A stretch of DNA of 64,000 nt, from IMG/VR virus record IMGVR_UViG_3300042270_000151, positions 1 through 64,000 of that record; one strand, given 5' to 3'. Within the stretch, counting starts at the first letter, position 1. Each line of letters starts with the position of its first letter. A program made the translations under genes and the position numbers. Below are positions 10,107 through 20,288 of the stretch, in pieces. Under the pieces are notes generated by a model. The model made no database searches. It was not told the DNA's origin and saw only the letters and a program-made list of their open reading frames with translations. Source of the stretch: an uncultured virus (IMG/VR IMGVR_UViG_3300042270_000151). Taxonomy: Duplodnaviria > Heunggongvirae > Uroviricota > Caudoviricetes.

Positions 10107-11048
10107 ATGCAGCAATATCTAAATCTGCTCCAAGATATCTTGGACAACGGCATTGATAAGGGCGACCGTACAGGTACAGGTACGCGCTCGGTCTTTGGTC
10201 GCATGCTACGCTTTGACCTGAGCGCAGGTTTCCCACTGCTTACCACCAAAAAGGTTCACCTTAAATCCATTATCCATGAACTCTTATGGTTCCTCTCCGG
10301 CGATACCAACAACAATACCCTGAAAGAGAACGGTGTACGCATTTGGGATGAATGGGCACTGGAGGATGGTCGCCTAGGACCAATCTACTCCAAGCAGTGG
10401 GTGAGCTGGGACGATACCAAAATGATTCGCCCTGAGGGGATTGCCAGGTACCTTGAGCAGGGATACACGTACCACGGCCTAGTGTTGGATGAGGTCACTG
10501 GACATCCGATAGCGGTAGTTAGACGTACCATTAATCAGATTCAAAATGTTATCGATACGTTGAAGACGAACCCTAACTCCAGACGCATTATTGTCAGTGC
10601 TTGGAATCCGGCTGACCTTCCTGATGAATCTATATCCCCTCAGGACAATGTCCGTAATGGCAAGGCTGCCCTACCGGCGTGCCATACGTTTTTTCAGTTC
10701 TACGTACAGAATGGCAAACTAAGCTGCATGATGCTGCAGCGTAGCTGTGATAGCCAACTCGGCGCGCCGTTTAATATCGCCTCCTACGCACTATTGACGA
10801 TGATGATTGCACAGCAGTGTGACCTAGAGCTGGGCGAGTACATCCATGTAACCGGTGACACACACCTGTACCAGGACCACCTCCAGGACCCCACCATTGT
10901 ACAGGAGCAACTTAGTCGGGACCCTAGACCTTTACCCAAGATGCGGTTTGCCCGTAAGCCCGATTCAATCTTCGATTATAAATACGAAGACTTTATTCTG
11001 GAAGATTACAATCCGCATCCGGCTATTAAAGCGAAGGTGTCCGTATGA
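10107..11048 (+). CDS. thyA: thymidylate synthase
   Basis: [33 protein letters not shown], catalytic ACH, QRSCD...G.PFNIASY, GDTHLY. Confidence 0.97.
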   Translation: MQQYLNLLQDILDNGIDKGDRTGTGTRSVFGRMLRFDLSAGFPLLTTKKVHLKSIIHELLWFLSGDTNNNTLKENGVRIWDEWALEDGRLGPIYSKQWVSWDDTKMIRPEGIARYLEQGYTYHGLVLDEVTGHPIAVVRRTINQIQNVIDTLKTNPNSRRIIVSAWNPADLPDESISPQDNVRNGKAALPACHTFFQFYVQNGKLSCMMLQRSCDSQLGAPFNIASYALLTMMIAQQCDLELGEYIHVTGDTHLYQDHLQDPTIVQEQLSRDPRPLPKMRFARKPDSIFDYKYEDFILEDYNPHPAIKAKVSV

Positions 11049-11605
11049 TTGAACTGGAAATGATTGTAGCCCATGATCTCAATCGGGCGATCGGTGTAGG
11101 TGGTGGTCTTCCCTGGCACATTCCTCAAGACCTTCAGTGGTTTAAAGACACGACCATGGGTAAGGCAATGATTATGGGTCGTAAAACATACGAGTCTATC
11201 GGTAAGCCTCTGCCTGGCCGTACGACGGTGATGATTACGTCACAAGAAGACTATCCGGTTAAAGAAGGGTTAATCATTGTCAGGTCCCTACCAGAGGCCA
11301 TCATCCGTATTTTGGATCTTGGTTTACAGCCCATAGTAGTAGGGGGCGCTCAGGTATACGCGGATGCACTTCCGTATACAAACCGTATCTACCTAACGAG
11401 AGTGAATACTGAAGTAGAGTTGGCAGATGCCTATTTCCCTGTGCTGGATGCCATGGAGTGGGAGTGTATCGATCTTTGGGGAATTGTAGAGGACGGTAAG
11501 GAAATATGTACCGTGCACGAGTGTACCCGCATCCGTAGTTGCGGTATACTGAAGGCTAACCAACACGTCGCTAAGGTTAGTGATGTGAGCTGGACATGCC
11601 TGTAA
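11045..11605 (+). CDS. folA: dihydrofolate reductase
   Basis: IG....[42 protein letters not shown] overlap with thyA. Confidence 0.95.
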   Translation: MIELEMIVAHDLNRAIGVGGGLPWHIPQDLQWFKDTTMGKAMIMGRKTYESIGKPLPGRTTVMITSQEDYPVKEGLIIVRSLPEAIIRILDLGLQPIVVGGAQVYADALPYTNRIYLTRVNTEVELADAYFPVLDAMEWECIDLWGIVEDGKEICTVHECTRIRSCGILKANQHVAKVSDVSWTCL

Positions 11606-11674
11606 GTTAAAAATAATCGCAGAGCGAATCATCTGGTTCACATCCATATTAGAACGCCATATAAGGATGGTCTA

Positions 11675-11944
11675 ATGAAAGCGTTCTTGCGATTTTGCCT
11701 AACGAAAGTTAGACAGTCTCCTATGCTGAAACACCGACTACTGTACTTCGTATACGGGTGTATAGGGGTAGTCACGGGTTCAGGTACCACCTGGTACTTT
11801 GACACTGTAGCTACCCCTCCTACACCCATTAACAGTGAAGAATGTACAGTCGTTGCCCCACCCGAAGAGCCTATCAGGACGATGCCCTCAGAACAGGACC
11901 GTTATCGAGCACTCTTACAGCAATATCAGTCTGGAGAACTTTAA
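11675..11944 (+). CDS. small membrane-anchored protein (candidate inner spanin)
   Basis: Basic N-terminus, one hydrophobic segment, Pro-rich tail; coupled to a lipoprotein gene. Confidence 0.5.
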   Translation: MKAFLRFCLTKVRQSPMLKHRLLYFVYGCIGVVTGSGTTWYFDTVATPPTPINSEECTVVAPPEEPIRTMPSEQDRYRALLQQYQSGEL

Positions 11945-12339
11945 TGCAGTATGTACGTGCTGCGGTATTGGTAGGGTGCAGTGTGTTATCGGGATGCATG
12001 GTTATACTACCCTCCCCTCAACCACCCGCACCGCCTCCACCGCTGGAGCTTAAACTCACCCTGATTGACCACCGATCAGGGTACGCACAAACCACCACTT
12101 ATCCCTCCATCACCACCCAGGTATTCACTGATTCCGGTCCACCTTCTGCCGATGCCTCGCCACAGAAGACGCTCTGTACGCGATTGGTTAAGGTAATTGA
12201 GCAAGATGCATTTGACATCACTCCCTATCAGACTCGTGACAGTATGTTAGAGCTGGTAGAGGCATTGCTCAAACGGACACGGCAAATTGACACCTGGCTC
12301 GAGGGAGTAAGAACAGATGGGACGTGCGAAGAAGAATAA
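11944..12339 (+). CDS. lipoprotein (candidate outer spanin)
   Basis: TAATG-coupled start gives MQYVRAAVLVGCSVLSGC with an LSGC lipobox and a poly-Pro stretch. Confidence 0.55.
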   Translation: MQYVRAAVLVGCSVLSGCMVILPSPQPPAPPPPLELKLTLIDHRSGYAQTTTYPSITTQVFTDSGPPSADASPQKTLCTRLVKVIEQDAFDITPYQTRDSMLELVEALLKRTRQIDTWLEGVRTDGTCEEE

Positions 12340-13789
12340 GCAGGACGTTACACACGAACCTGCAGGCGCAGAAGAGAGTAATGCATTATTGGCTAAAGAC
12401 GATAGCTATAGTGCGATTAAGGCAATGGAAGGAGGTAAGGTATTAACCCTTTACTGTGATGGCTCAGCGCGCCCTAACCCTGGCATGGGGGGTTTGGGTA
12501 TTTACGGTAAAGACGATGCAGGTAACGAGTTCGATATTTTTGGTCATGTTGGTGACGTCGTCACGAATAACCGCGCCGAACTACTGGCCTACATTCGGGT
12601 ACTCGAGCTGCTGTTAGCCGGTCACTGGGCAGAAGCACATGTCTACTTTGATAGTCGATATGTACTGGATGGGGCAGAGCGCCATATAAAAGGATGGCGC
12701 AAGAATGGCTGGAAGACGAAAGAAGGTAATGCCATCTCCAACATGGATATGTGGCAAACCATCGACGGCCTTCAACAGGATGTAAAGCAGCGTAAGATCA
12801 AACTCATCTACCACTGGGTAAAGGGTCACTCCGATGACCCTGGCAATGAGCGTGCTGATCAGAATGCGAACCGAGGCCGTTTAGCGGCTGAAAAGAAAAT
12901 AGAAGACCTCGTTATTCAGGTGAAGGGCACCGAGGAAACCCCTGACAGTACAGAGGGCGCTGCTAAGTCCAGTAGGCCCAAGCCCGCGTCCTATAATAAA
13001 CTCATCTCGGGTAAGCGGTTGGTGTTCACCACGAATACCCCCATGCGTACAGTCGATAACCGCCACATTTATTTGTCAGCGAACTTTGACGACCGCGGTG
13101 GGTTTAACGGTAAGCACTTTGGAACGGAAGCACCCGACAGCCTAATGTCGGTGTTAGTAACCCCGAATCCGGTTGAGCAGTTTGAAGCAATCATTGAGCA
13201 TCAAAATGCAGTAACCCCGGATGACTTTGTCCAGCCGGTCATTATGATGATGGACCGTGTCACTAAGCCCGCGATTTGGGAGCAGTTGACCGTCCACGGT
13301 AAGGCCCATTTGGACCATAAGCGACTGAACATTGTTACGGTGGAAGGAGAACCGCTAACGATTTACGTCAGACCACCCAGACGCGCATATGAAGGTGTGG
13401 ACACCTTAATGCAGCTACTGGATCAATTAGAACGCTATACCACTAACCACAGCTGTACCCGCACTGAATACCTGGACATTACTGAACACTTAGTAACCAA
13501 AGGTAAGAAAGAGTGGAAGTTGTTAAAGGAGATTAAAGGCAGCGACGCCGCCGTCACGATCCCTGTTTTACACGGCAATAAGACGATCAGTTTAACCCTC
13601 ACCTTCAATATCGACCTCCCTACCCGCAACCATTTGAATGCCGTGGGTAAAACAGTCGATCATATGAAAGTTGTGCTGGTTAAATACGGTCAACAGAACG
13701 CCGGGTTCCGATACGCGGTAATCATCGAAGCAGACGACGACCGTGCCATCTACGCAAGTCCTTTTAGTAACCTAAAGCCTACGCTTTAA
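12317..13789 (+). CDS. rnhA: ribonuclease HI with C-terminal extension
   Basis: YCDGSARPNPG, TNNRAEL, DSRYV, W..NGWKT, WVKGH, GNERAD. Confidence 0.92.
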   Translation: MGRAKKNKQDVTHEPAGAEESNALLAKDDSYSAIKAMEGGKVLTLYCDGSARPNPGMGGLGIYGKDDAGNEFDIFGHVGDVVTNNRAELLAYIRVLELLLAGHWAEAHVYFDSRYVLDGAERHIKGWRKNGWKTKEGNAISNMDMWQTIDGLQQDVKQRKIKLIYHWVKGHSDDPGNERADQNANRGRLAAEKKIEDLVIQVKGTEETPDSTEGAAKSSRPKPASYNKLISGKRLVFTTNTPMRTVDNRHIYLSANFDDRGGFNGKHFGTEAPDSLMSVLVTPNPVEQFEAIIEHQNAVTPDDFVQPVIMMMDRVTKPAIWEQLTVHGKAHLDHKRLNIVTVEGEPLTIYVRPPRRAYEGVDTLMQLLDQLERYTTNHSCTRTEYLDITEHLVTKGKKEWKLLKEIKGSDAAVTIPVLHGNKTISLTLTFNIDLPTRNHLNAVGKTVDHMKVVLVKYGQQNAGFRYAVIIEADDDRAIYASPFSNLKPTL

Positions 13790-13800
13790 TCACACTACCG

Positions 13801-14148
13801 GTGGGTCTGCTGACCCGTGTCTCCAGGGGGATTCCCTGGAGACAGCCGGTTTGTATGTCATTGAGTTGTAGGGCTACAGAGATGGTTAAGCTATATGAGC
13901 CAGACTACCGTACCTTTGATGGAATGTCCGTAGTAGAGTTAGATGAGGATGCGGTTAAAATAATAAGAGAACGGCTTAGTCTTCGGCAGGGCCCTGGGTG
14001 GGTCGATTATATTTATGTTTGTTATGGTGAGCCACACCGAGGCAAGTTCTTTAAACTAATAGAGGTATTTGAAGGATACGGTAAGGGGATGCCGATTGTA
14101 TGGCGTCGTAAGATGCGTAACAAGGTAGCCCGTTTACTTGAGATGTAG
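13801..14148 (+). CDS. hypothetical protein
   Basis: ORF filling the gap; start uncertain. Confidence 0.45.
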   Translation: MGLLTRVSRGIPWRQPVCMSLSCRATEMVKLYEPDYRTFDGMSVVELDEDAVKIIRERLSLRQGPGWVDYIYVCYGEPHRGKFFKLIEVFEGYGKGMPIVWRRKMRNKVARLLEM

Positions 14149-14151
14149 ACC

Positions 14152-14159
14152 TATATTAC
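14152..14159 (+). promoter_or_regulatory. phiKZ-type early promoter TATATTAC
   Basis: GACCTATATTAC in the intergenic gap upstream of the GGAG RBS of ORF 14195. Confidence 0.7.
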
Positions 14160-14194
14160 AGTTGTAGATATATACCCTATGATGGAGATTACAG

Positions 14195-14644
14195 ATGCTC
14201 ATTATTGTACGTGGATTACCGGGTTCGGGTAAGAGTACCCTGGCCACCGCATTAAAGCAGCGCTTTGGCTTTAAACATGTAGAGGCCGACCAGTACTTTA
14301 TAACGGAGTCGGGTGAATACGAGTATGACGGTACCCGCATTAAGGATGCCCACGCGTGGTGTCAAGAAGCCGTGCAGTCTGCCTTGGAGGAAGGTAAGTC
14401 GGTAGTGGTGTCTAATACCTTTACCCGTCTGTGGGAGATGGAAGCGTACATGGCAATGGGTCACCCCTATGCGGTGGTACAGTGCACGGGCGATTACGAT
14501 AACGTACATGGGGTTCCGGAAGACGCTATAGCCCACATGCGCGAACGCTGGGAGGATTACCCTAATGGAATCCTGGTGGGTCGGGAGATTACGCCAGATG
14601 TCGTAGATGGGGTAGTGGCCTTAGCGGAGCAGGTGTGTGCATGA
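14195..14644 (+). CDS. P-loop kinase (AAA_33 / polynucleotide-kinase-like)
   Basis: IIVRGLPGSGKST, EAD.YF, AH.WC, VVVSNTF, NVHGVP....M..RWE. Confidence 0.85.
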   Translation: MLIIVRGLPGSGKSTLATALKQRFGFKHVEADQYFITESGEYEYDGTRIKDAHAWCQEAVQSALEEGKSVVVSNTFTRLWEMEAYMAMGHPYAVVQCTGDYDNVHGVPEDAIAHMRERWEDYPNGILVGREITPDVVDGVVALAEQVCA

Positions 14645-14916
14645 CTACTGTATATCACTTTGAGCTAGAAGAGCATATGGTACCAGGCACTACGATCGTA
14701 TTCTTCTACGAGGCACCCCATTCTAGAACCCACACAATCGTCCAGAGATTTGATGACTATTGTGTAGGTACAGAACAGTATACGGGTAAGTACCGTCTGA
14801 CCTACCATCCTCGTAATGAGGAGTATAACCTTAAGATGTGTATTTTAGGGTATCTAAAACGCCAAGGCTACACTGTCAACCCTTACACCCTAAGACTTGG
14901 ATCGTTGCCAAAATAA
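14641..14916 (+). CDS. hypothetical protein
   Basis: ATGA overlap with the kinase gene. Confidence 0.6.
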   Translation: MTTVYHFELEEHMVPGTTIVFFYEAPHSRTHTIVQRFDDYCVGTEQYTGKYRLTYHPRNEEYNLKMCILGYLKRQGYTVNPYTLRLGSLPK

Positions 14917-14919
14917 GCA

Positions 14920-14967
14920 TACACTCCACCGGGATTACCCGGTGGAGTGTAGTATTCTTTTTTTTCT
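14920..14967. terminator. terminator between convergent genes
   Basis: TACACTCCACCGGG-ATTA-CCCGGTGGAGTGTA 14-bp stem followed by a T run. Confidence 0.8.
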
Positions 14968-16125
14968 TTACCCTTCTAAAGCCTTGGTAGAGGCTTTAAC
15001 GTACCGGGTATAAGTAGCGACAGAATTCAATGTTCGGTTACCATAGACGGCATACAGACTACCGATCATGTTAAGTACGTCTAGCTGGTATCGGATAAGG
15101 TTATTATAGGCGTCAAACCACTCTTTGCTTTCCCCCCTCCAGGATGCAAAACTGCCAATCTCATTTGCAGCACTAACAAGAGTATTGTATCCCTTTGTAA
15201 GTGCCCGGATGGTTTTCTCGCTATCGGCCAACTGGGTAAAGATAGGTTTCAGTGCACCAACGGCGTTAGCCACTTCCCCAGCGGTTAGAGTCGGTGTTTC
15301 TAACTCAGAGCGATCCTTGCCGGCCGTGCCTGGCATGTTTTGCGTGCCCCACTGGGTACTACCAATGTCCTTTTTATCGGCAGGCAATTCAAATATAGCA
15401 CGCCAATTACCCAGGTAATAGTCCGTTGCAACGAGCTTACCCTCGATCTTACCTTTGAAATTTGTGTCCGATTGTTTGACGGGTTTAGTATTTTTCAGAG
15501 TGGTTTTCTCAACCGCCTCTTGCGTCGAGTCACTCAGCTCCTGCAGTTCACCCACGGCGTCGCCGAGTCCGCCCTTCCTGTATCCATCGTGCAGTTTCTT
15601 CGCAGTGCTTCCGTCCACCAGTGTCTCGATAAGTTTACTGGCGGCACCGGTGTCGGGCGCCTCATCGTACAGGCGTTTAAACTCACGCGCAAGATCGGAA
15701 GGCAGCTTCTCACCAATCAGAAGTGTCCAGATTGTAGGGCCCACGGTTACAGTTTTCGGTCCGTCCTTTTTATCCTTCACCCGATCAAACTGCTTAACCG
15801 CAAGGTCAAATTCCTTACTATGCATCTTAACGTCGCTGGACAGTTTTGACAGTTTAGCCGATACGGCATCCATTGCGTCACTGATTTTGTTTTTAATCGC
15901 ATTGTAGGTCTTCTTCAACCAATCCACAATGCCTTCCATGGAAACAATTTCACCGCTTTCCAGCCCAACGCCCTTAATGATGCCGCTGGCACAGGCGCAA
16001 GCAACCGGTAGTGCTTTGGACTCGTCACCGTATGTGACTATGATATTACTTAACCCATTAGCCAGATTGAACAATTGTTCCACGGCTACACTATCGAGTG
16101 TATTTCCAGATACAGTAGGGTACAT
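14968..16125 (-). CDS. putative virion internal head protein
   Basis: GLES and SMEG protease-type sites followed by IVDWLKK, as in the head proteins at the window start. Confidence 0.65.
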   Translation of the reverse strand: MYPTVSGNTLDSVAVEQLFNLANGLSNIIVTYGDESKALPVACACASGIIKGVGLESGEIVSMEGIVDWLKKTYNAIKNKISDAMDAVSAKLSKLSSDVKMHSKEFDLAVKQFDRVKDKKDGPKTVTVGPTIWTLLIGEKLPSDLAREFKRLYDEAPDTGAASKLIETLVDGSTAKKLHDGYRKGGLGDAVGELQELSDSTQEAVEKTTLKNTKPVKQSDTNFKGKIEGKLVATDYYLGNWRAIFELPADKKDIGSTQWGTQNMPGTAGKDRSELETPTLTAGEVANAVGALKPIFTQLADSEKTIRALTKGYNTLVSAANEIGSFASWRGESKEWFDAYNNLIRYQLDVLNMIGSLYAVYGNRTLNSVATYTRYVKASTKALEG

Positions 16126-16136
16126 ATCTCTTTCCT

Positions 16137-16973
16137 TTATTTTAAGGCCTTCTCAAGGCGTTCAGCAGAATCTGAAACGGCAACCTGCACCGTTTTAGCC
16201 GTGTAGACCATCAAAGCGAAATATTCAGTTTCATTTGCAATAGAGCGAACCGTATCCGCCAGCTTACGCAGAGACTGTTTGTTACGAATCGCAGCGTCTT
16301 CGTTTTTCTGTACGTAATCGGCGTAGGCTTTAATGCGATCAGACAGCGTCTTTTCCGCTTTACGGATACGGTTAAAGTCAATGCCGTTAATGCGTTCGAT
16401 CAGCAGTTTCAACTGCTTGCCGGCTTCCAGAAAATCACTATTGGTGCGGTATAGTTTCTCAAAGGGAGCCGTCAGTGTTGTACTACGTGCTTTAATGCGT
16501 GGGTCAAAGAACGACTCGAAGGTTGCCTTCGTTGATTCAATGTCCACTGGCTTCAGATCCCGGGCGACCCACAGCTTATCCGCACTGTCGGGCTGACTCA
16601 ATAGCTCACCCATGTAGGTTGAGAGCGGCGTATACAGGCGCTCATCGATTTTATCCAACATCTCCAGTGAACGGTTCATGTGTACGATAAACGGCACCAT
16701 GTACTCCGACAGACCCACGGGATGGTAGACGGTAATCTTACTGACGACGTCGTAGGGAATCTCACCCATCAACTTCACCAGGTTACGACTAAAGGCACTG
16801 CCTGCATTGATCGGTTCCAATTTCTTCAGTATGTCACCAAAGTGACCCGAGAGTAAATTGCCTACCTCAGACAGGTAATCAAACAAATGGGTGAACCCTT
16901 CAATACCAACTGACTGGAGTTCAGCCTCAGCCTGTTGGTCTTCTAGAAGGGATACTAATAGTAAGTTGCTCAT
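16137..16973 (-). CDS. putative virion structural protein
   Basis: GIEG cleavage-type site near the N-terminus; co-oriented with the head protein gene near uvsX. Confidence 0.6.
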   Translation of the reverse strand: MSNLLLVSLLEDQQAEAELQSVGIEGFTHLFDYLSEVGNLLSGHFGDILKKLEPINAGSAFSRNLVKLMGEIPYDVVSKITVYHPVGLSEYMVPFIVHMNRSLEMLDKIDERLYTPLSTYMGELLSQPDSADKLWVARDLKPVDIESTKATFESFFDPRIKARSTTLTAPFEKLYRTNSDFLEAGKQLKLLIERINGIDFNRIRKAEKTLSDRIKAYADYVQKNEDAAIRNKQSLRKLADTVRSIANETEYFALMVYTAKTVQVAVSDSAERLEKALK

Positions 16974-17112
16974 AAAAACTCCGATCTCGGCAGAGGGTTA
17001 GGGGCGAATGCCCTAATAATCAATGGACATACGATTTAGGCAGTAACCGTACTATGTGTGTAAATTTACAATAACATGACACTGCGATCCTGTATTACAA
17101 CAGGAGAAAGCA

Positions 17113-17364
17113 ATGGGAATTAACCGAGTAGATGAAATGCGCGACAGTCTCCAGGCAAATACGGTTGGAGAGTGCAAATCTGCGCGTAGTGTGGGTATTG
17201 TCCCAAAAGCATTACGACTTGCACGTAAACCAGATGGACGTGAGACGCTCCAAGTTGCACAGCGGTATAATGATGGTGTTCACGACGGCATAATGTGGGT
17301 TGATGTGCCAGTTGTTAACGTAGGTTGGGACGACAATGAATTAGAGGAATCCGAGCATGGCTGA
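17113..17364 (+). CDS. hypothetical protein
   Basis: AGGAG RBS; 83 aa. Confidence 0.65.
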   Translation: MGINRVDEMRDSLQANTVGECKSARSVGIVPKALRLARKPDGRETLQVAQRYNDGVHDGIMWVDVPVVNVGWDDNELEESEHG

Positions 17365-17749
17365 CTTTAAAATTAAACTACGCCGTGGTACCAGTGACCA
17401 AGTCAAGCGTTTCTTGGAACATCCAGCAGGTGAAAAGATTACACTCGGGCCACCAGTGAAGACAAACTGCGTGTTAGACCTAGAACGTAACACGCTACAC
17501 ATAGTGTCAGTGGGACATCCGGATGGAGCTATTATTGTTCCAGGAACACCCATGCCGCACGTGAAGCTTGAAGAAGGGGAATTGGCGATGGGCGGGGGGA
17601 TTGATGTTCTAATTGGTGGTCGTAACGGTACTTACATGTATGAAGGTGTCGCTATCGTGGTTAGTTTTCACAAGGGTGTTACATTTGTTACGGCGATTCC
17701 CAATCAGACGTTTATGGAGTTTAACCGCGCAAAGAAATACTGCAGTTAA
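17357..17749 (+). CDS. hypothetical protein
   Basis: GAGGA RBS; overlaps the upstream stop. Confidence 0.65.
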   Translation: MADFKIKLRRGTSDQVKRFLEHPAGEKITLGPPVKTNCVLDLERNTLHIVSVGHPDGAIIVPGTPMPHVKLEEGELAMGGGIDVLIGGRNGTYMYEGVAIVVSFHKGVTFVTAIPNQTFMEFNRAKKYCS

Positions 17750-17809
17750 AACTAACCGTCCCTCTTGATGGTATAGTTTACTACAGGACACTCTGAAAGG
17801 ATTACGATA

Positions 17810-19222
17810 ATGGGATTTTTTGATTCATTGCCACAGGCTCCTAAATTACGCCCCCATCTAAACGTAGGGTCTGTGTTTGATATACCGACTGGAAACTACG
17901 TATTGGGTCAACATGGCGAGTCCATCCTCAATGCAGGGGTTTCCACGGTTAACTCCATTGCAGGACCAGGTAATACCTTTAAGTCTGAGATACTTAATTA
18001 CCTTTTCTTTACGGTCATGGCCCGTTACAGCCCCTCTCAAGGGGCCGCGTACGATACTGAAAACTCCATGACCTACAAGCGGTTGAACCGCGCCGCCAAT
18101 CGACACTGGCAGCTTAAAGACATGGACTTCTCCAGTGCTGAGGGGGCTAACAAGCTGCGCCTTACCCAGTCCGCTGATATTCTGGGTGACGACTACTTTG
18201 AGTTAATCAAAGAAGGGTCTCGTGAGCGCGCTAAGGCCAGTAAGAAGCTGGAGATCGGTACACCCTTTTATGACGATTCGGGTAAACAGATTGCTATTCT
18301 ACCACCGATGCTGGTTAATATTGACAGTCTGACTGAGTTTAAGGTGTCAGCGGTACAGGATAAGTTAGTCGACAAGAATGCAGTCGGTGAGTCTGGGGCA
18401 AACACTCAGTTCATGAAGGACGGTGCCGCTAAGACACAGCTTATCACACAGCTCCCTAACATGGGGGTACAAGGTGGTCTTTACTTCTTCCTGGTGGCTC
18501 ACATTGGCATGGGTATAGAGATGGACCCCTATGCCCCTAAGGCCCCTAAACTGACCCACTCTCGCAGTGGCACTAAGACCAAAGGTGTACCGGAGAAGTT
18601 CTCGTTCATTAACAATAACCTGTTCGAGATCTTCGATGCGAAGGTATTGTACAACTCGAGTGCAGATAAGTCTGCTCGATATCCGAAGTCAGACTCTGAC
18701 CGTATCGCCGGTACCTCGGATCTGACTGTGGTACACATGGTCAACACCCGTAACAAAAATGGCCCCTCGGGCATTAAGTTCGAGCTGGTCATTTCACAGT
18801 CTGAAGGCTTACTCCCCCATCTGACTAACTTCCATTTCCTGAAGGGTCAGAATTACGGCTTCAGCGGCAACAATACCACGTACGTACTGGATATCTATCC
18901 TGAGGTGACATTGTCCCGCACTACAATCCGTAGCAAGATCGATGAAGATCCGAAACTGTGTCGGGCATTGGAGATTGTTACACAGCTGCGTCAGATGGAG
19001 CTCTATTGGTCCGACATTGACCCTGCACTCCATGTCACACCAGACGTCCTCTATAAGGACATTAAAGAGCTCGGGTATGATTGGGATATTCTGCTAGATA
19101 CCCGCGACTACTGGGTCTTTGAATGCGATGAATCAAAAGAGAAACCTTTCCTCTCAACAATGGACCTACTCCGTATGCGGGCAGGTCAGTATGTACCCTG
19201 GTGGTACCCTAAAAAGACATAA
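17810..19222 (+). CDS. uvsX: UvsX/RecA-like recombinase (phiKZ gp152-like)
   Basis: GPGNTFKS Walker A, YDTENS, VNIDSLT Walker B, RNKNGPSG. Confidence 0.85.
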   Translation: MGFFDSLPQAPKLRPHLNVGSVFDIPTGNYVLGQHGESILNAGVSTVNSIAGPGNTFKSEILNYLFFTVMARYSPSQGAAYDTENSMTYKRLNRAANRHWQLKDMDFSSAEGANKLRLTQSADILGDDYFELIKEGSRERAKASKKLEIGTPFYDDSGKQIAILPPMLVNIDSLTEFKVSAVQDKLVDKNAVGESGANTQFMKDGAAKTQLITQLPNMGVQGGLYFFLVAHIGMGIEMDPYAPKAPKLTHSRSGTKTKGVPEKFSFINNNLFEIFDAKVLYNSSADKSARYPKSDSDRIAGTSDLTVVHMVNTRNKNGPSGIKFELVISQSEGLLPHLTNFHFLKGQNYGFSGNNTTYVLDIYPEVTLSRTTIRSKIDEDPKLCRALEIVTQLRQMELYWSDIDPALHVTPDVLYKDIKELGYDWDILLDTRDYWVFECDESKEKPFLSTMDLLRMRAGQYVPWWYPKKT

Positions 19223-19232
19223 AAGGTGACAC

Positions 19233-19568
19233 ATGTCAAATATCATCAACGGCATGCACTACGAGATTATGATTGAGGTCGATGGTGATAATGCCGAGCG
19301 GTTCTTAGAACACGTCTCGGCTAACCTCCCCAATCTAAACCGAGTACCTGCAGCTAACCAAATTCGATGGGCAACCAACTATTGGCTGGACCAACTGGCC
19401 AGCCGAGGCTACCCGGTAGATCTCACTGCCTTGGCCCTGTTACGGTGCAATACGTTACCTGAATTCATGGCTCAGTTCAAGCATTTGATCATACCCCTGA
19501 TCGTGGACTATAACCTACCGGATACCACACAGACCGTGTACCCGATGGAGCGGTACCAGTATGGGTAG
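19233..19568 (+). CDS. hypothetical protein
   Basis: AGGTG RBS; located in a core block. Confidence 0.65.
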   Translation: MSNIINGMHYEIMIEVDGDNAERFLEHVSANLPNLNRVPAANQIRWATNYWLDQLASRGYPVDLTALALLRCNTLPEFMAQFKHLIIPLIVDYNLPDTTQTVYPMERYQYG

Positions 19569-19613
19569 TGGGGTGACTGGATTCTATAGAACCCACCTAT
19601 CTAGAGGTCTAGT

Positions 19614-20288
19614 ATGGCTAACCGTAAAGCAGCAGAAGCCGCTGTAATTAAATATCTAAAGGAATTAGAGGGCGGTGACGTAAACGCAGCCCTGTACACC
19701 GCATTATTTAAATCCATGTCAGACGCTGAGTTTGAACGCTGGATTGATGCGCTGGATAGTGGACGTGAAACCATCCACCTCATTATCCCCAATGCCAATG
19801 ACATCAAACTTGACATTAACCGCACCGTTAAAGTTGGCGAAGAGTTAGGCGCAAAGTTCTTTGAACAACTCGTCTTAACTGACCCCGAGACGGGTGAGGA
19901 ATACACCACGCCATTATCGTACATGGTGCTGGATGTGGCCATGCGCCGTCAGTCACAGCACCTGATTAAGAAGCAGTCGATTCCTGAGGATGACCGGGTT
20001 GTTGACCATCTCTCTGGCCAGGTAACCGGCGACTCTAAGGGCGGGAAGATCTCACTGCCTGAGTTATTGGTGATCGAGTCTAAAGGCTTGGAAACCAGTC
20101 TACTGGAGCTGATTAAAGTACGAGGCGGTGATGATGTAGCCTTAGCCGCTATGAAGGAAGCTATTCGGGAATCCGGTACCTTTAACGTTAAAGCGATCGA
20201 AGCCTTAGGCAGCAAACCTACTGCAATTAAAACGCTACGCGCATTACTATTGTCAGTACACCTGGATAACACGATTGGGGAGCAGTAA
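19614..20288 (+). CDS. virion RNA polymerase subunit, beta C-terminal part (phiKZ gp149-like)
   Basis: GQVTGDSKGGKISLPE...GL...LLELIKVRGGD parallels the RpoB C-terminal GQR.GEME...ELLT.KSDD region. Confidence 0.8.
   Translation: MANRKAAEAAVIKYLKELEGGDVNAALYTALFKSMSDAEFERWIDALDSGRETIHLIIPNANDIKLDINRTVKVGEELGAKFFEQLVLTDPETGEEYTTPLSYMVLDVAMRRQSQHLIKKQSIPEDDRVVDHLSGQVTGDSKGGKISLPELLVIESKGLETSLLELIKVRGGDDVALAAMKEAIRESGTFNVKAIEALGSKPTAIKTLRALLLSVHLDNTIGEQ

Noticed and set aside
10107..11048. ThyA as a possible base-modifying hydroxymethylase
   Set aside because: It keeps the dUMP-specifying Asn (PFNIASY) and is coupled to dihydrofolate reductase, consistent with an ordinary ThyA.
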